A stretch of 64,000 bases of DNA from Eledone cirrhosa (Eukaryota): positions 13,268,001-13,332,000 of the forward strand of contig OZ024765.1 of assembly GCA_964016885.1 (NCBI GenBank), in the 5' to 3' direction. The position numbers and the translations under genes are program-made. The notes under the pieces are model-generated. The model was given only the letters and a program-made list of their open reading frames with translations, was not told the DNA's origin and did not search any database. Within the stretch, counting starts at the first letter, position 1; each line of letters begins with the position of its first letter. This document shows positions 30,501-40,760 of this stretch, piece by piece.

Positions 30501-30944
30501 CACCAATCACCACAACATCAATCGCAACCACCACTACAACCACACCATTTACAACAGCCAACACCGCCACAACACCACCACGACCACCCCCACAACACTA
30601 AACACCACAACAGACCAACCATCACTATACCAATCATCAGACCAACCACCACCGCCACCCCAGACCCACACCAATCACCACTCCCAACACCCACTGCCAC
30701 CACCACTACACCAATCATCAGACCAACTACCACACCAACCCCAACCCCAACAACAGAAACTTACCAGCATATAAGTAGCTAGAGCATTTGGATTTTTGCT
30801 GAGGATTTTCTCCACGGCAGCTTTTCCTTTCTCCTCATTCCTGCATGCAAGGATCACATCATTGCCCCCTTCACACAGTAAACGAGCTGCTTCAAATCCA
30901 ATACCCGAGTTGGCCCCTGTTATTATTACAACACGCCCCGTCAT
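22944..30944 (-). CDS. Spliced gene (7 coding exons, 1227 nt, 408 aa): retinol dehydrogenase 11-14-like classical SDR with acidic low-complexity C-terminal tail
   Basis: Joined exons read MTGRVVIITGANSGIG...ACRN...MDLA...INNAG...TNHLGPFLLT...RIVTVTT...AYKNSKLAN...NCLCPGFIPT...GKYY...VWELS. This shows the TGxxxGxG cofactor motif, NNAG and the YxxxK catalytic motif. All six introns are GT..AG with consistent phases (0,1,1,1,1,1). Exact ortholog not assignable without a search. Confidence 0.93.
23981..24250 (-). CDS. SDR coding exon 6 (SVNGKYY...VWELS...PVPPPPEEP + start of E/K-rich tail)
   Basis: Acceptor TTTCAG| at 24251, donor AAG|GTTGGT at 23980; 270 nt, phase 1-1. GKYY and WELS are typical of the RDH-like C-terminus. 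Confidence 0.88.
24590..24785. mobile_element. Small (TA)n-associated repeat with long internal hairpin (partial copies at ~24301 and ~50248-50363)
   Basis: Shared GGTGGACCATAACGCACCAGAGTACTCGATA segment; inverted arms 24669-24785. Confidence 0.6.
24797..25115 (+). mobile_element. CORE-type tRNA SINE with RTE-derived tail
   Basis: A box TGGCTTAGTGG, B box GTTCAATTC, CORE-like CCTTGAGCAAGACACTT...CTCCAGTTTACTCAGCTGTAGAAATG, tail shared with RTE 3' ends. Confidence 0.85.
25506..25673. mobile_element. Tc1/mariner (pogo/Tigger-like) MITE
   Basis: Terminal inverted repeats CCGTATTTC...GAAATACGG followed by TA. Confidence 0.6.
25823..25984 (-). CDS. SDR coding exon 5 (GFIPTTELTR...TVEQGA...GEKLK)
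   Basis: Acceptor TCTTCCAG| at 25985, donor AAA|GTAAGC at 25822; 162 nt, phase 1-1. Confidence 0.92.
26085..26458. repeat. ~51-bp tandem repeat filling intron 4, overlapping the exon-4 donor
   Basis: GAAATAGGGTGAGAAAGGGTT...GAATTACCTGGGCACAGTG units. Confidence 0.85.
26459..26620 (-). CDS. SDR coding exon 4 (VVENLDVENFF...AYKNSKLAN...NCLCP; catalytic YxxxK)
   Basis: Acceptor TATTTCAG| at 26621, donor CAG|GTAATT at 26458; 162 nt, phase 1-1. Confidence 0.92.
26648..27010. repeat. (GGT/TGT/AGT)n trinucleotide-derived repeat
   Basis: 21-bp GTGATTGTAGTGGTGGTAGTT units. Confidence 0.9.
27278..27640 (+). mobile_element. CR1-group LINE 3' end inserted antisense in intron 3
   Basis: NTRGHAYKI...RHFFTLRVAEAWNKLPASVV...SFK (CR1-group C-terminal signature) then 3'UTR and (ATT)n tail. 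Confidence 0.8.
27757..27882 (-). CDS. SDR coding exon 3 (GPFLLTNLLLP...RIVTVTTHLH...RRRP)
   Basis: Acceptor CCCAG| at 27883, donor CAG|GTAAGA at 27756; 126 nt, phase 1-1. Confidence 0.92.
27920..28532. repeat. (ACC/ACT)n-derived 24-bp tandem repeat
   Basis: ACAACCATCACCACCACCTCTACT units. Confidence 0.92.
28832..29178 (-). mobile_element. CORE-type tRNA SINE with RTE tail, nested in a piggyBac-type MITE (28711-29232)
   Basis: Reverse complement of 24797-25115; MITE halves on either side. Confidence 0.82.
29619..29790 (-). CDS. SDR coding exon 2 (MDLADK...INNAG...TNHL-G)
   Basis: Acceptor TTGCAG| at 29791, donor TAG|GTAATT at 29618; 172 nt. Confidence 0.93.
30765..30944 (-). CDS. SDR coding exon 1 (MTGRVV...ATYML; Rossmann TGANSGIG). 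Exon starts at 30963 with 19 nt of 5'UTR
   Basis: Acceptor (T/C)n-TTGCAG at 30964; in-frame TGA/TAA just upstream of AAAAATG; donor CTG|GTAAGT at 30764; 180 nt, phase 0. Confidence 0.93.
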
Positions 30945-31022
30945 TTTTTACACTCAATGTTGGCTGCAAGAAAAAGAAAAAGAAAAAAGGGATCCATTAA
31001 TATACTTGCTTTGTTAAATAAA

Positions 31023-31439
31023 CTAGCAGAAAAACCACCTTTCGGTGATCATCAAATAAAATAGGATACATCAAATAACATTGCAATTGACAATATACAC
31101 AGAAATTGAACACTGTCTTATTTAATCAGTAACGTAATCCATGATACATTAAAAAAAGACGATATTATATATAAACTGCATTAGGAGAAAATTAGTGACA
31201 GAAATATACGAATGTTTATTTAAGCGATCGCTAACCAGAAGTGTTGACATTTGAAAATTTTAAAGAAGTGAATCTTTAAATAAATAAAATATATTTAATC
31301 AACAGCTACGAAATTCACTGAATAAATAATGAATGAATATTACATAATTTATGTAAAGTAATCCAACTTATTTTACTAATGGGATAAAAAATTATAAACA
31401 GTATGCAGTCTCGCACTCCTTACTTTATTATAGTTTAGA
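31023..31439 (-). mobile_element. Non-autonomous Helitron
   Basis: Minus strand begins A|TCTAAACTATAATAA and ends CACC GAAA GGTG hairpin ...CTAG|T. Confidence 0.65.
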
Positions 31440-31526
31440 TATTAATATCATCATCATCAACACTACCACCACCACAACCATCACCATGAGAAAGTATGAC
31501 CACACACAGCCCTGTAGATTAAACAA

Positions 31527-31731
31527 CCCTTTAGCATTTAAACCGGCCAGAATTCTCTCACTTTGTTCTGTTGAAACTGACTGTAACCGGCTGCTCATAC
31601 TTATGTTAAGGTATTGTTCTCAAAAATATCAAAGTTTTGTAGATTCAATATTATGTGAGGTAGTTATGTGAGGTGAAGTGTTTACCATGAAAATACAATA
31701 GTAAATACAGATTAATGTAAATGCTAAAGGG
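31527..31731. mobile_element. piggyBac-type MITE
   Basis: CCCTTTAGCATTTA...TAAATGCTAAAGGG|TTAA. Confidence 0.75.
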
Positions 31732-31819
31732 TTAAACACGTTTACACTCTAATGTATTGAGTACCTTACTGTGGTTACCTCCGATTGAACCCCAGACTCA
31801 CAGACACACACACACACAC

Positions 31820-33291
31820 TCATGCCAGAATAGAAATGTAGATATACACAAAATGGAAATTGTGATATAGTGAGGTAACTACAAGAGAAGTTCTTAGCCA
31901 AAGATAAGCCACTATCCCTAGCTTTCACTGACCTAGATAAAGCGTTTCACAGAGTCCCGTGATCTATTATCTGATGGTCTAAGAAAATTAAGTGTAGAAA
32001 AATGGTTGGTGAGAGCAGTGCAAGTCATGTACAGAGGAACTGTCAGTAGAGTGAGTAGGAAATGAGTTTAGTTAGGAATTCAGTATATGTAGGAGTTCAT
32101 CAGGGTTTGGTTCTTAGCCCACTACTATTCATTAGAGTCTTTCAATCTATAACAGAGGAGTTTAAGACCAGCTGCCCATGGGAACTTCTTTATGCAGATG
32201 ATCTGATCCTAATAGGTTAATCCATTAAAGACATCGAAAATAAGTTCTGACTAAGGAAACAAAATTTAAAATTTAGAATCAAAAGGCCTAAGAGTAAACT
32301 TAGCCAAAACTAAAGTGCTGATGAGTAGGAGAGACGATAGGACCTTGATTCCTTCAGGGAAGTGGCCCTGCTCAATATGTATAAAGGGAGTAGGCATAAA
32401 CTCCATATAATGTACACAATGTAGATCTTGGGGACACAGATGTAGTGGGATAACAGGTAGACTAACAGGAAGGGAAGGCTTTGTAGAGGCTGCACATGGG
32501 TAACTGAGGGGAAGATAACCAGTAATGTAAGCTTATTACAGTCACAAAGGACTCATAGAAGTAGTTGATAGCTTCTGCTATCTAGGCAACGCAATTAGCA
32601 ATGGAAAAGAGTGCTCTGAGAGCATAATAGCTAGAATAAGGATAGGATGGAAAAAGTTCAGAGAACTATTCCTACTGTTGACCACAAAAGGTTTCTCCCT
32701 ACACACAAAAGGACTGTATGATGCCTGTCTGCAAAGAATGTGCGTAGACTGTAGAGAAATGAAGCAACCATGCTCTGTTGGATGTGCAATGTAAGTGTGT
32801 GAGAGAGGCAGAACTTGGAAGAGTTGAAGGAGAAGCTAGGTTTAACCCTTTAGCACTTAAGCTGGCCATATCCGGCTAGAATTCTTTCATCTCTGGCTAC
32901 TCAATCTGATATTAAGGTATTGTTCTCAAAATAAATAATATCCAAATCTCATAGATTCGATATTATGTGAGATAAATCCTTTACCACAGAAATACAATAG
33001 TAGATATAGAGTAATGTAAATAGGAAAGGGTTAAGAGGAATCCGAGGCAGTGAGCAGGAGAGACGAATGTGTTGGTATGGACAATGATAGTTGGGTGAAG
33101 AAGTGCCAGGAAATGTCAGGGGAAGGAAGTCACAGTAGAGGATGACCAAGAAAGGCCTGGGTAGTGGTTGTGAGAGCTGACCGCCAATTACTGAGACTCA
33201 GAGGAGATGATGAAGTAATAATACAAAGACCAAAATTCAGTTCTAGTCCTGTAAAAGCCTTTGGAAGATAGACGTTAAACGATGATGATGA
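31820..33291 (+). mobile_element. Decayed RTE LINE (RT domain to tail), interrupted by a MITE
   Basis: [36 protein letters not shown] reverse-transcriptase motifs with stops/frameshifts; (GAT)n tail at ~33281. Confidence 0.85.
32846..33030. mobile_element. piggyBac-type MITE with exact TTAA target-site duplication
   Basis: TTAA|CCCTTTAG...AAAGGG|TTAA; removing it restores the RTE frame CTA GGT TTA AGA GGA ATC (LGLRGI). Confidence 0.85.
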
Positions 33292-33908
33292 TATATATAT
33301 ATATATCTTTGGCACTACACAGTCATACAGAAGACCCGCCTTGCCTAAGTACAAAGCGAAACCTACAGTCAGTAGGCACCTCTAACAAAATACACCCCCG
33401 TCCCACTACCCCCACCCCATCCACACCCTTAAATGTGAAGTTATGTTGGTACCACAACATCCAGTCCGAAACAAATGAGGTCGTGTAGGTGTCACAACAA
33501 AAAAACACAGTCCACGCTGTAATGTGGCCATGTAGGTAACACGGTAAAAACCTCCCAGTCCACACTGTAAATGTGGTTGGTGTTAGGAAGGGCATCCAGC
33601 CGTAGAAAACCCGCCAGACAGTCCTATACGAACAGGACAACAAATCTTGCCTGAAGTGGGAAAACTCCCGACCAAACCCATGCTAGCGTGGAATATGGAC
33701 GTTAAACGATGACATATACACACACACACGTGTATCTGTATATATATATATTTAATCATATATATCTGAAAGATGAGATGGTCACAGCTGGAACATTCAT
33801 CTGATCTTAGCTTAATCACTTGACTTGGCATTAAAAACAATACACACACCGCCCCCACAACACCTCCACCACAACAATTATCACCAATAATCTTTTTGTA
33901 TTAATTAC

Positions 33909-34066
33909 CAAATAAAAAAAAATAAAAAAATTTAAGAAAATTAACAACAGCAACAACCCCTAATTGCTCCCAAATCTATTTCAATTTATATCTGTGACTT
34001 AATCCAACCAGAAATAGGATTATCTCAGATACTAGATAATCCTTAAATTTCAAATAAGCCAGATTA
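33909..34066 (-). promoter_or_regulatory. Candidate promoter and short non-coding first exon of the SDR gene
   Basis: K50-homeodomain-type hexamers at 34000 (TAATCC), 34017 (GGATTA), 34037 (TAATCC), 34055 (TAAGCC), 34061 (AGATTA). Minus-strand TATAAAT begins at 33990, Inr-like GCAATT near 33965, donor TTG|GTAATT at 33908. Coding exon 1 has an acceptor, so an upstream exon must exist. Confidence 0.45.
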
Positions 34067-34297
34067 AACAATAAAGAGAAAACTAAAAAATACATACAAA
34101 TACACACAAAAAATCCCGAAGCAAAAACAAAACTGTCGACTCATCAATAATTTAAACCAACCAACCAACCAACCAGCCAACCAGTCTGTCTGTCTGTGTT
34201 AAACCCTCCATCTCAATACTTTTTGAAAAGCATATGAACTGTGAAACCGGTAAAGGAAATAAATATTCTTAAAAAGACTTTCCTTTTTATATATATA

Positions 34298-34610
34298 TCA
34301 TCATCATCATTTCATTTTACGTCCACTTTTCCGTTTGCAAAGGTGGGACGGGAACTGATTCTGGCTTGATTCTACAGCTGGATGCCCTTCCTAACACCAA
34401 CCTCATTTACAGTGAGTGCTGGGTGCTTTTTTGCCGTGGCACCTCCACGACCACTTTACAGTGGAATCTCATTTCTACAGCTGAGTAAACTGGAGCAACA
34501 TGAAATAAAGTGTCTTGCTCAAGGAAACAACACATCACCCGGTCTGAGAATTGAACTCACAACCTTTCGATTGCAAGGCCAATGCTCTAACCACTAAGCC
34601 ATGTGCCTCC
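34298..34610 (-). mobile_element. CORE-type tRNA SINE with RTE tail (internal hairpin deleted)
   Basis: Same family as 24797; lacks the GATAGGGACCCCAGTCCCTATC segment. Confidence 0.82.
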
Positions 34611-34627
34611 ATATATATATATATATA

Positions 34628-34822
34628 ATTGTTTCTACATTTGGCACAAGGCCAGCATTATCCCAGTGTAATACTGGTACTTTATTTTATCGACCCCGTA
34701 AGGATGAGAGGCAAAGTTAACCTCGGCGGGATTTGAACTCAGATCATGAAGGGCCATAACTCTTTGGTGCAAAGCATGGTGTCCGACCCTCTACTGATAC
34801 TGTGATACTGCCAATCCATCAC
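34628..34822 (-). mobile_element. Deu/Nin-type tRNA SINE
   Basis: Same family as 5067-5257. Confidence 0.82.
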
Positions 34823-34975
34823 CCTTACATATATAAAGATAAAAATACTTGAGTGCATTAACCAATGCACCCTATTAGGTTTAACACGTCTTTCCATGAT
34901 AATTTTTCTAAAATATCCTTCTCTATTCTTCTGAATTTTGGCTTGTTCTAGTCGATGATATTTTTCGTCTTTTTC

Positions 34976-35020
34976 TTGCTTTGATGAGTCCTTATTACTG
35001 GGACGAAACATTGTCAGCAA
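34976..35020 (+). ncRNA. Minimal type I hammerhead motif (C3->U variant, GUC triplet)
   Basis: TTGCT-TTGATGA-GTCCT TATTACT GGGAC-GAAAC ATT GTC-AGCAA. Confidence 0.7.
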
Positions 35021-35177
35021 ATAAAGATTATTAATGTATTAAAAGCTTCTTTGTTAATTTATATAATATATATATATATATAATAAATGTGAAGACTAAA
35101 ATCCAAAGAGGGATCGATAAGGATATATCAAATATATAAGAACCGTAGAGCAAATATTTATTAAAATAATAGCTTAA

Positions 35178-35228
35178 AGTTTAAGCAAAGAATCGCTGCT
35201 TTCACCCTTAACGGGATCTTCTGAAACT
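35178..35228 (-). ncRNA. Second copy of the CAGAAGA-core hammerhead-like motif
   Basis: Same sequence as 367-417, within the same (TA)n-embedded repeat family. Confidence 0.5.
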
Positions 35229-35376
35229 AAAAAAAAAAATCAATCTGTGAACGCAGAAATAAATATTTTGTAAAACATTGCAAATGACGTATTAATAAAA
35301 ATTAAAAACCAAAAAAATTAAAAATTAAGTGTTGGTCAGTTTTTTTCATCTCCCTTCGTTGAAGAGATTGGAAAAA

Positions 35377-35429
<53 letters not shown>

Positions 35430-35574
35430 TATATATATCATTTAGCGCCCATTTTTCCATGCCAGGAGGCAAGTCTAACCAGAGTTGGCCATGTCGTACC
35501 TTGGTCAGAAGACCTATAAATTTGGCAGGGTATTTTACAGCTGGATGCCCTTTCTAACACCAACCATATTTACA

Positions 35575-35605
<31 letters not shown>

Positions 35606-35881
35606 CTCATCATCATCGTTTAACATCTATCTTCCACGCTATCATGGGTTAGACGGGTTTGTCCCACTTGAAGCAAGATGGGTCAGGTGACCGTGTCTCG
35701 CTCATACAAAACCGTTTCTGGCAGGTTTTCTACGGTTGGATGCCCTTCCTAACACCAACCACACACACATAGTTAAGTGATCTATACGATAAATGCACCC
35801 AGTACACACTGTAAAGTGTTTTGGAAGATCCTTTAGTTGTTTCAATGACATGACAACTACGCTAGTGCTGGTGGCCTACAC

Positions 35882-36051
35882 CGGGCATGTCAAACTGAGG
35901 GTCCCCCGAGGGCCACACAAGACAACTAATTGCGCACATTACAACTAATTTTTTAAATTTTATATTACGAAGATAAAACATGCTCGCGCTGTAAAAACCT
36001 TTGTAAAGGGCCGCAGGTGTGCTTGTAAAGGCCGCATGTTTGACATGCCTG
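35882..36051. mobile_element. hAT-type MITE (copy 1)
   Basis: TIRs CGGGCATGTCAAAC...GTTTGACATGCCTG. Confidence 0.75.
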
Positions 36052-36075
36052 CTTTACCTCACATGATATCGAGTC

Positions 36076-36293
36076 GTGATGGCGTGTGGCCAAATGGTTA
36101 GAGAATTGGATTCACAATCTTGAGGTTGTCAGTTCGATTCCTGGACCAGGTGATGCGTTATGCCCTTCAGCAAGACTTTATTTCACGTTGCTCCTACTTG
36201 GAGTTGCGACCAACAGATAGTACTACCAACTGGAAAGACCGTCGAAAACATTGTTTCCTCGGTCCGATTTGACAAAAGTCGATCGATATGTTT
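36076..36293 (+). mobile_element. CORE-type tRNA SINE, second tail type, with TSD TATCGAGTC
   Basis: tRNA head, CORE-like segment, tail CAACTGGAAAGACC...GGTCCGATTTGACAAAAGTCGATCGA; related copies ~40196-40410 and ~28585-28680. Confidence 0.72.
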
Positions 36294-37159
36294 ATCGAGT
36301 CTGAGATTTTGATATTTTGAGAAAACCTTCCCATCAGTGTGAGCAGCTGGTTACAGCTGGTTTGAACAGAAAGGTGAGAAAATTTATATATGATCCCGTA
36401 ACTTCTTAGTCATAGGAGCGCTGTATTGAGAGAGCATTTCTTGGGCATTTTTTAACCTGGCAGAGCCCATCTCTCCAAGGCTGAGTACAGCAGATTTCTT
36501 CCAGAGAAGGATAGGAAGTGAGAGAGGAAATGAGAAAGAGATATAGCCGAAGAATCGACCCCAGTACTTCACTGGTACTTTTTTTGATCAACCTCAATAT
36601 GATGAAAGGCAAAGTTGACCTCTGTGGGATTTGAACTCAGAGCAGAGAGCCTGAACAAATACCATAAAGCATTCTATCTGGCAAATTCACTGCCTGTCAA
36701 AACCACAACAACCTCCCTAATGTGGGGGGGGGGGGGGGCAATAAAATACACCCAGTGAACTGTGTAGTGCATGGATAGGGTGGGGAGGGGGGCTATGTAA
36801 GCCAGAACCATGTCGTTTGAGAGGTGCCTTTACTGGGTTAGGGAAAAACACAGATAAATCATAAAGGATGTGTAAATATACACACCTTACACCCCCCCCC
36901 CTACACTAATTAACAGGTGTGTAGCTAGACTTCACCACCACCACCACCACCTTAGATCATCATGATCCCTCCTTGATCTGGAGAGGGGGGGGGGAAGCAC
37001 TGGATTGATTGAGTTGAGTCAGCGAATAGGGTTTAGTGGCAGAGGGAGTGGCTGAGACAATGTCTTTTGTCATTGTCACCTGGCTTAATGTTATTAAGAT
37101 CAAAAAGAAAGAACAGGGTGATGGGGGTGAGGGTGACCCCTGATACATATTTGGCTTGG

Positions 37160-37475
37160 GGCCATGTTGGTGGTATGGTGGTGGTGGTGATGATAGGGTG
37201 ACGTGGTGGTGGTGGTAGTAGTGGGGATGGTGATGATGGTGGTGGTAGTAGTGGGGATGGTGATGATGATGGTGGTAGTAGTGGGGATGGTGATGATGGT
37301 GGTGGTAGTAATGGGGATGGTGGTGGTGGTGGTGGTGGTATTAATGGTAATGATGGGGGGGGGGGTAATGATGGTAGGGGTGGTAGTAGTGGAGGTGATG
37401 GTAGTTGAAGGTACTGGTGGCAGTGTTGGCAGTAGATGGTGGTAGTAGTGGTGGTGGGGCTGGTAGTGATGATGA

Positions 37476-37506
<31 letters not shown>

Positions 37507-37704
37507 GGTGGTGGTGGTGGTGGTAGTGGTGGTGGTAGTAGTGGTGGTGGTGGTAGTGGTGGTGGTGGTAGTAGTGGTGGTAGTAGTAGTAGTGGTGGTA
37601 GTAGAAGTAGTGGTGGTGGTAGTAGTAGTGGTGGTGGTAGTAGTAGTGGTGGTAGTAGTAGTGGTGCTGGTAGTAGTAGTGGTGGTGGTGGTGGTAGTGG
37701 TGGG

Positions 37705-37737
<33 letters not shown>

Positions 37738-37750
37738 GATAGTGGTATTG
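37160..37750. repeat. (GGT/AGT/GAT)n low-complexity tract
   Basis: Direct inspection. Confidence 0.92.
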
Positions 37751-37949
37751 TGTTTTATGAAAAGAAAGTATTAAGTATTGTTCCTGTTTAATAAAAGGAT
37801 TATAGATGTGGAGGGGGGGACAAATCTCCCTTTTTAACTTCACACTAACAGGTGTAAAGTATGTGTATATATAAATATGTATACATTTATATATATATAT
37901 ATATACACATACGTGAAAAGTACATATATATGTGTAATATACATACATT

Positions 37950-39275
37950 TATTTATAAATGTATACACACTCATGTGTAATGTGTGTATATATGTGTAAT
38001 ATACATACATTTATATATATTATGTGGAGATGTGTATATAAGTATGTGTAATACACACACACTCACGTGTAAGGTGTGTATATATGTGTAATATACATAT
38101 ATTTAAATATATTATGTGGAAATGTGTATATAAGTATGTGTAATATACACACACTCACGTGTAAGGTGTGTATATATGTGTAATATACATATATTTATAT
38201 ATATTGTGGAGATGTGTATATAAGTATGTGTAATATACACACACACTCACGTGTAAGGTGTGTATATATGTGTAATATACATATATTTATATATATTGTG
38301 GAGATGTATATATAAGTATGTGTAATTTACACACACACACTCACGTGTAAAGTGTGTATATATGTGTAATATACATATATACACATCTCCACATAATATA
38401 TATAAATATATGTATATTACACATATACACACCTTACATGTGAGTGTGTGTGTATATTACACATACTTATATACACATTTCCACATAATATATATAAATA
38501 TGTATATTACACATATATACACACCTTACATGAGAGTGTATATTACACATACTTATATACACATCTCCACATAATATATATAAATATAAGTATGTGTAAT
38601 ATACACACACTCACGTGTAAGGTGTGTATATATGTGTAATATACATATATTTATATATATTATGTGGAAATGTGTATATAAGTATGTGTAATATACACAC
38701 ACTCACGTGTAAGGTGTGTATATATGTGTAATATACATATATTTATATATATTATGTGGAAATGTGTATATAAGTATGTATAATATACACACTCACATGT
38801 AAGGTGTGTATATATGTGTAATATACATATATTTATATATATTGTGGAGATGTGAATATAAGTATGTGTAATATACACACACTCGCGTGTAAGGTGTGTA
38901 TATATGTGTAATATACATATATTTATATATATTGTGGAGATGTGTATATAAGTATGTGTAATATACACACTCACGTGTAAGGTGTGTATATATGTGTAAT
39001 ATACATATTTATATATAGTGGAGATGTGTATATAAGTATGTGTAATATACACACACACTCACGTGTAAGGTGTGTATATATGTGTAATATACATATTTAT
39101 ATATCGTGGAGATGTGTATATAAGTATGTGTAATATACACACACACTCACGTGTAAGGTGTGTATATATGTGTAATATACATATATTTATATATATTATG
39201 TGGAAATGTGTATATAAGTATGTGTAATATACACACACACTCACGTGTAAGGTGTGTATAAATGTGTAAAATACA
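37950..39275. repeat. ~85-bp minisatellite (CACTCACGTGTAAGGTGTGTATATATGTGTAATATACAT...GTGGAGATGTG) with an internal inverted block
   Basis: About 15 units; ~38380-38588 is in reverse orientation. Confidence 0.88.
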
Positions 39276-39462
39276 CACATAAATACATGTGTATACACAA
39301 AGGTGTAGCATTTAGGTGAGTGTATATATGTGCAAAGCATCTGTATCCTGCTTACATAGTTATACTGAGAACTGAAGGGTCCTATCAACCCTTTGGCAAG
39401 TTTTCTAGGGCTGGGTTACTTCCCTAATACCTACCACTTGGTGCTTCTATTATGTAGACCAC

Positions 39463-39728
39463 CAGGCATGTCAAACATGTGGCCCTTTACAAAGGACACC
39501 TGCGGCCCCCACAAAGGTTTTTACAGCGCGAGCAAGTTTTATCTTTGTAATACAAAATATAATTAGTTGTAATGTGCGCAATTATTTGTCAAGTGTGGTC
39601 CTCAGACAACACGTGACCCATGCGGCCCTCAGACAACGTGTGACCCATGCAGCCCTCGGACAACACGTGACCAATGCGGCCCTCGGACAACACATGTGAC
39701 CCATGTGGTCCTCAGTTTGATATGCCTG
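39463..39728. mobile_element. hAT-type MITE (copy 2, inverted relative to copy 1, with internal ~26-bp tandem repeats)
   Basis: TIRs CAGGCATGTCAAAC...GTTTGATATGCCTG. Confidence 0.75.
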
Positions 39729-39989
39729 AGGTAAAGCCTTTACTGTGAAAATACAATAGTAAATATAGAGTAATGTAAATGCTAAAGGGTTAATTCTGAG
39801 AAAGTACCATTATTTGAGGTTAACTCTGCTTTCCATCCCTATCGGGTCGATAAAATAAAGAAATAGCCTGGCAATAAGCATTTATATTTATCTCGAAAAC
39901 TTTCACTATAAATTTATATAAGAACCTTTGTTAAGTTATGTTCCAAACACGAACATAATTCTGAGAAAGTGCCATTATTAAATCCCACA

Positions 39990-40760
39990 GTGGATTGGCA
40001 GTATCGGTAGAGGGTCGGACACCGTGCTTTACAGCATAGAGTTATGGCCTTTTATGATCAGAGTTCCAAATCCCGCCGAGGTTAACTTTGCCTTTCATCC
40101 TTACGGGGTCGATAAAATAAAGTACCAGTAATACACTAGGATAATTGCTGGCATTTTTACCTAAAGTACAAACAATTATTAAATCCCACAGTGGAATGAA
40201 GGTGTGTGGCTGAGTGGTTAGAGAATTGGATTCGCAATTGTGGGGGTTGTAAGTTTGATTCCTGGACCGCACGATGCGTTATGTCCTTGAGCAAGACACT
40301 ATTTCCCGTTGCTCCTTCTATCAAGAGTTGCAACTGATAGATAGTACTAGCAACTGGAAAGACCAATGGAAACATTGTTTCCTCGGTCCAATTTGACGAA
40401 AGTTGATTGACTGTCGCCAGTGGATTGGCAGTATCGGTAGAGGGTCGGACACTGTGCTCTACAGCAAAGAGTCACGGCCCTTTACAGCCGGAGTTCAAAT
40501 CCTGACGAGGTTAACTTTGCCTTTCATCCTTACTGGATCGATAAAATAAAGTACCAGTAATGCACTGGGATAATTGCTGGCCTTGTGCCAAAAGTAGAAA
40601 ATTATTATTAGGATCGATAAAATAAAGTACCAGTAATACACTGGGGTAATTGCTGGCGTTGTGCCAAAAGTAGAAACAATTATTACAGGGTCGATAAAAT
40701 AAAGTACCAGTAATGCACTGAGGTAATTGCTGGCCTTGTATCTAAAGTAGAAACTATTAT
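39990..40760 (+). mobile_element. Nested/tandem SINE cluster (two Deu/Nin-type copies, one CORE-type copy, 3'-end tandem duplications)
   Basis: Direct repeat ATTATTAAATCCCACAGTGGA at ~39974 and ~40175; repeated TCGATAAAATAAAGTACCAGTAAT...GTAGAAA units to 40755. Confidence 0.78.
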
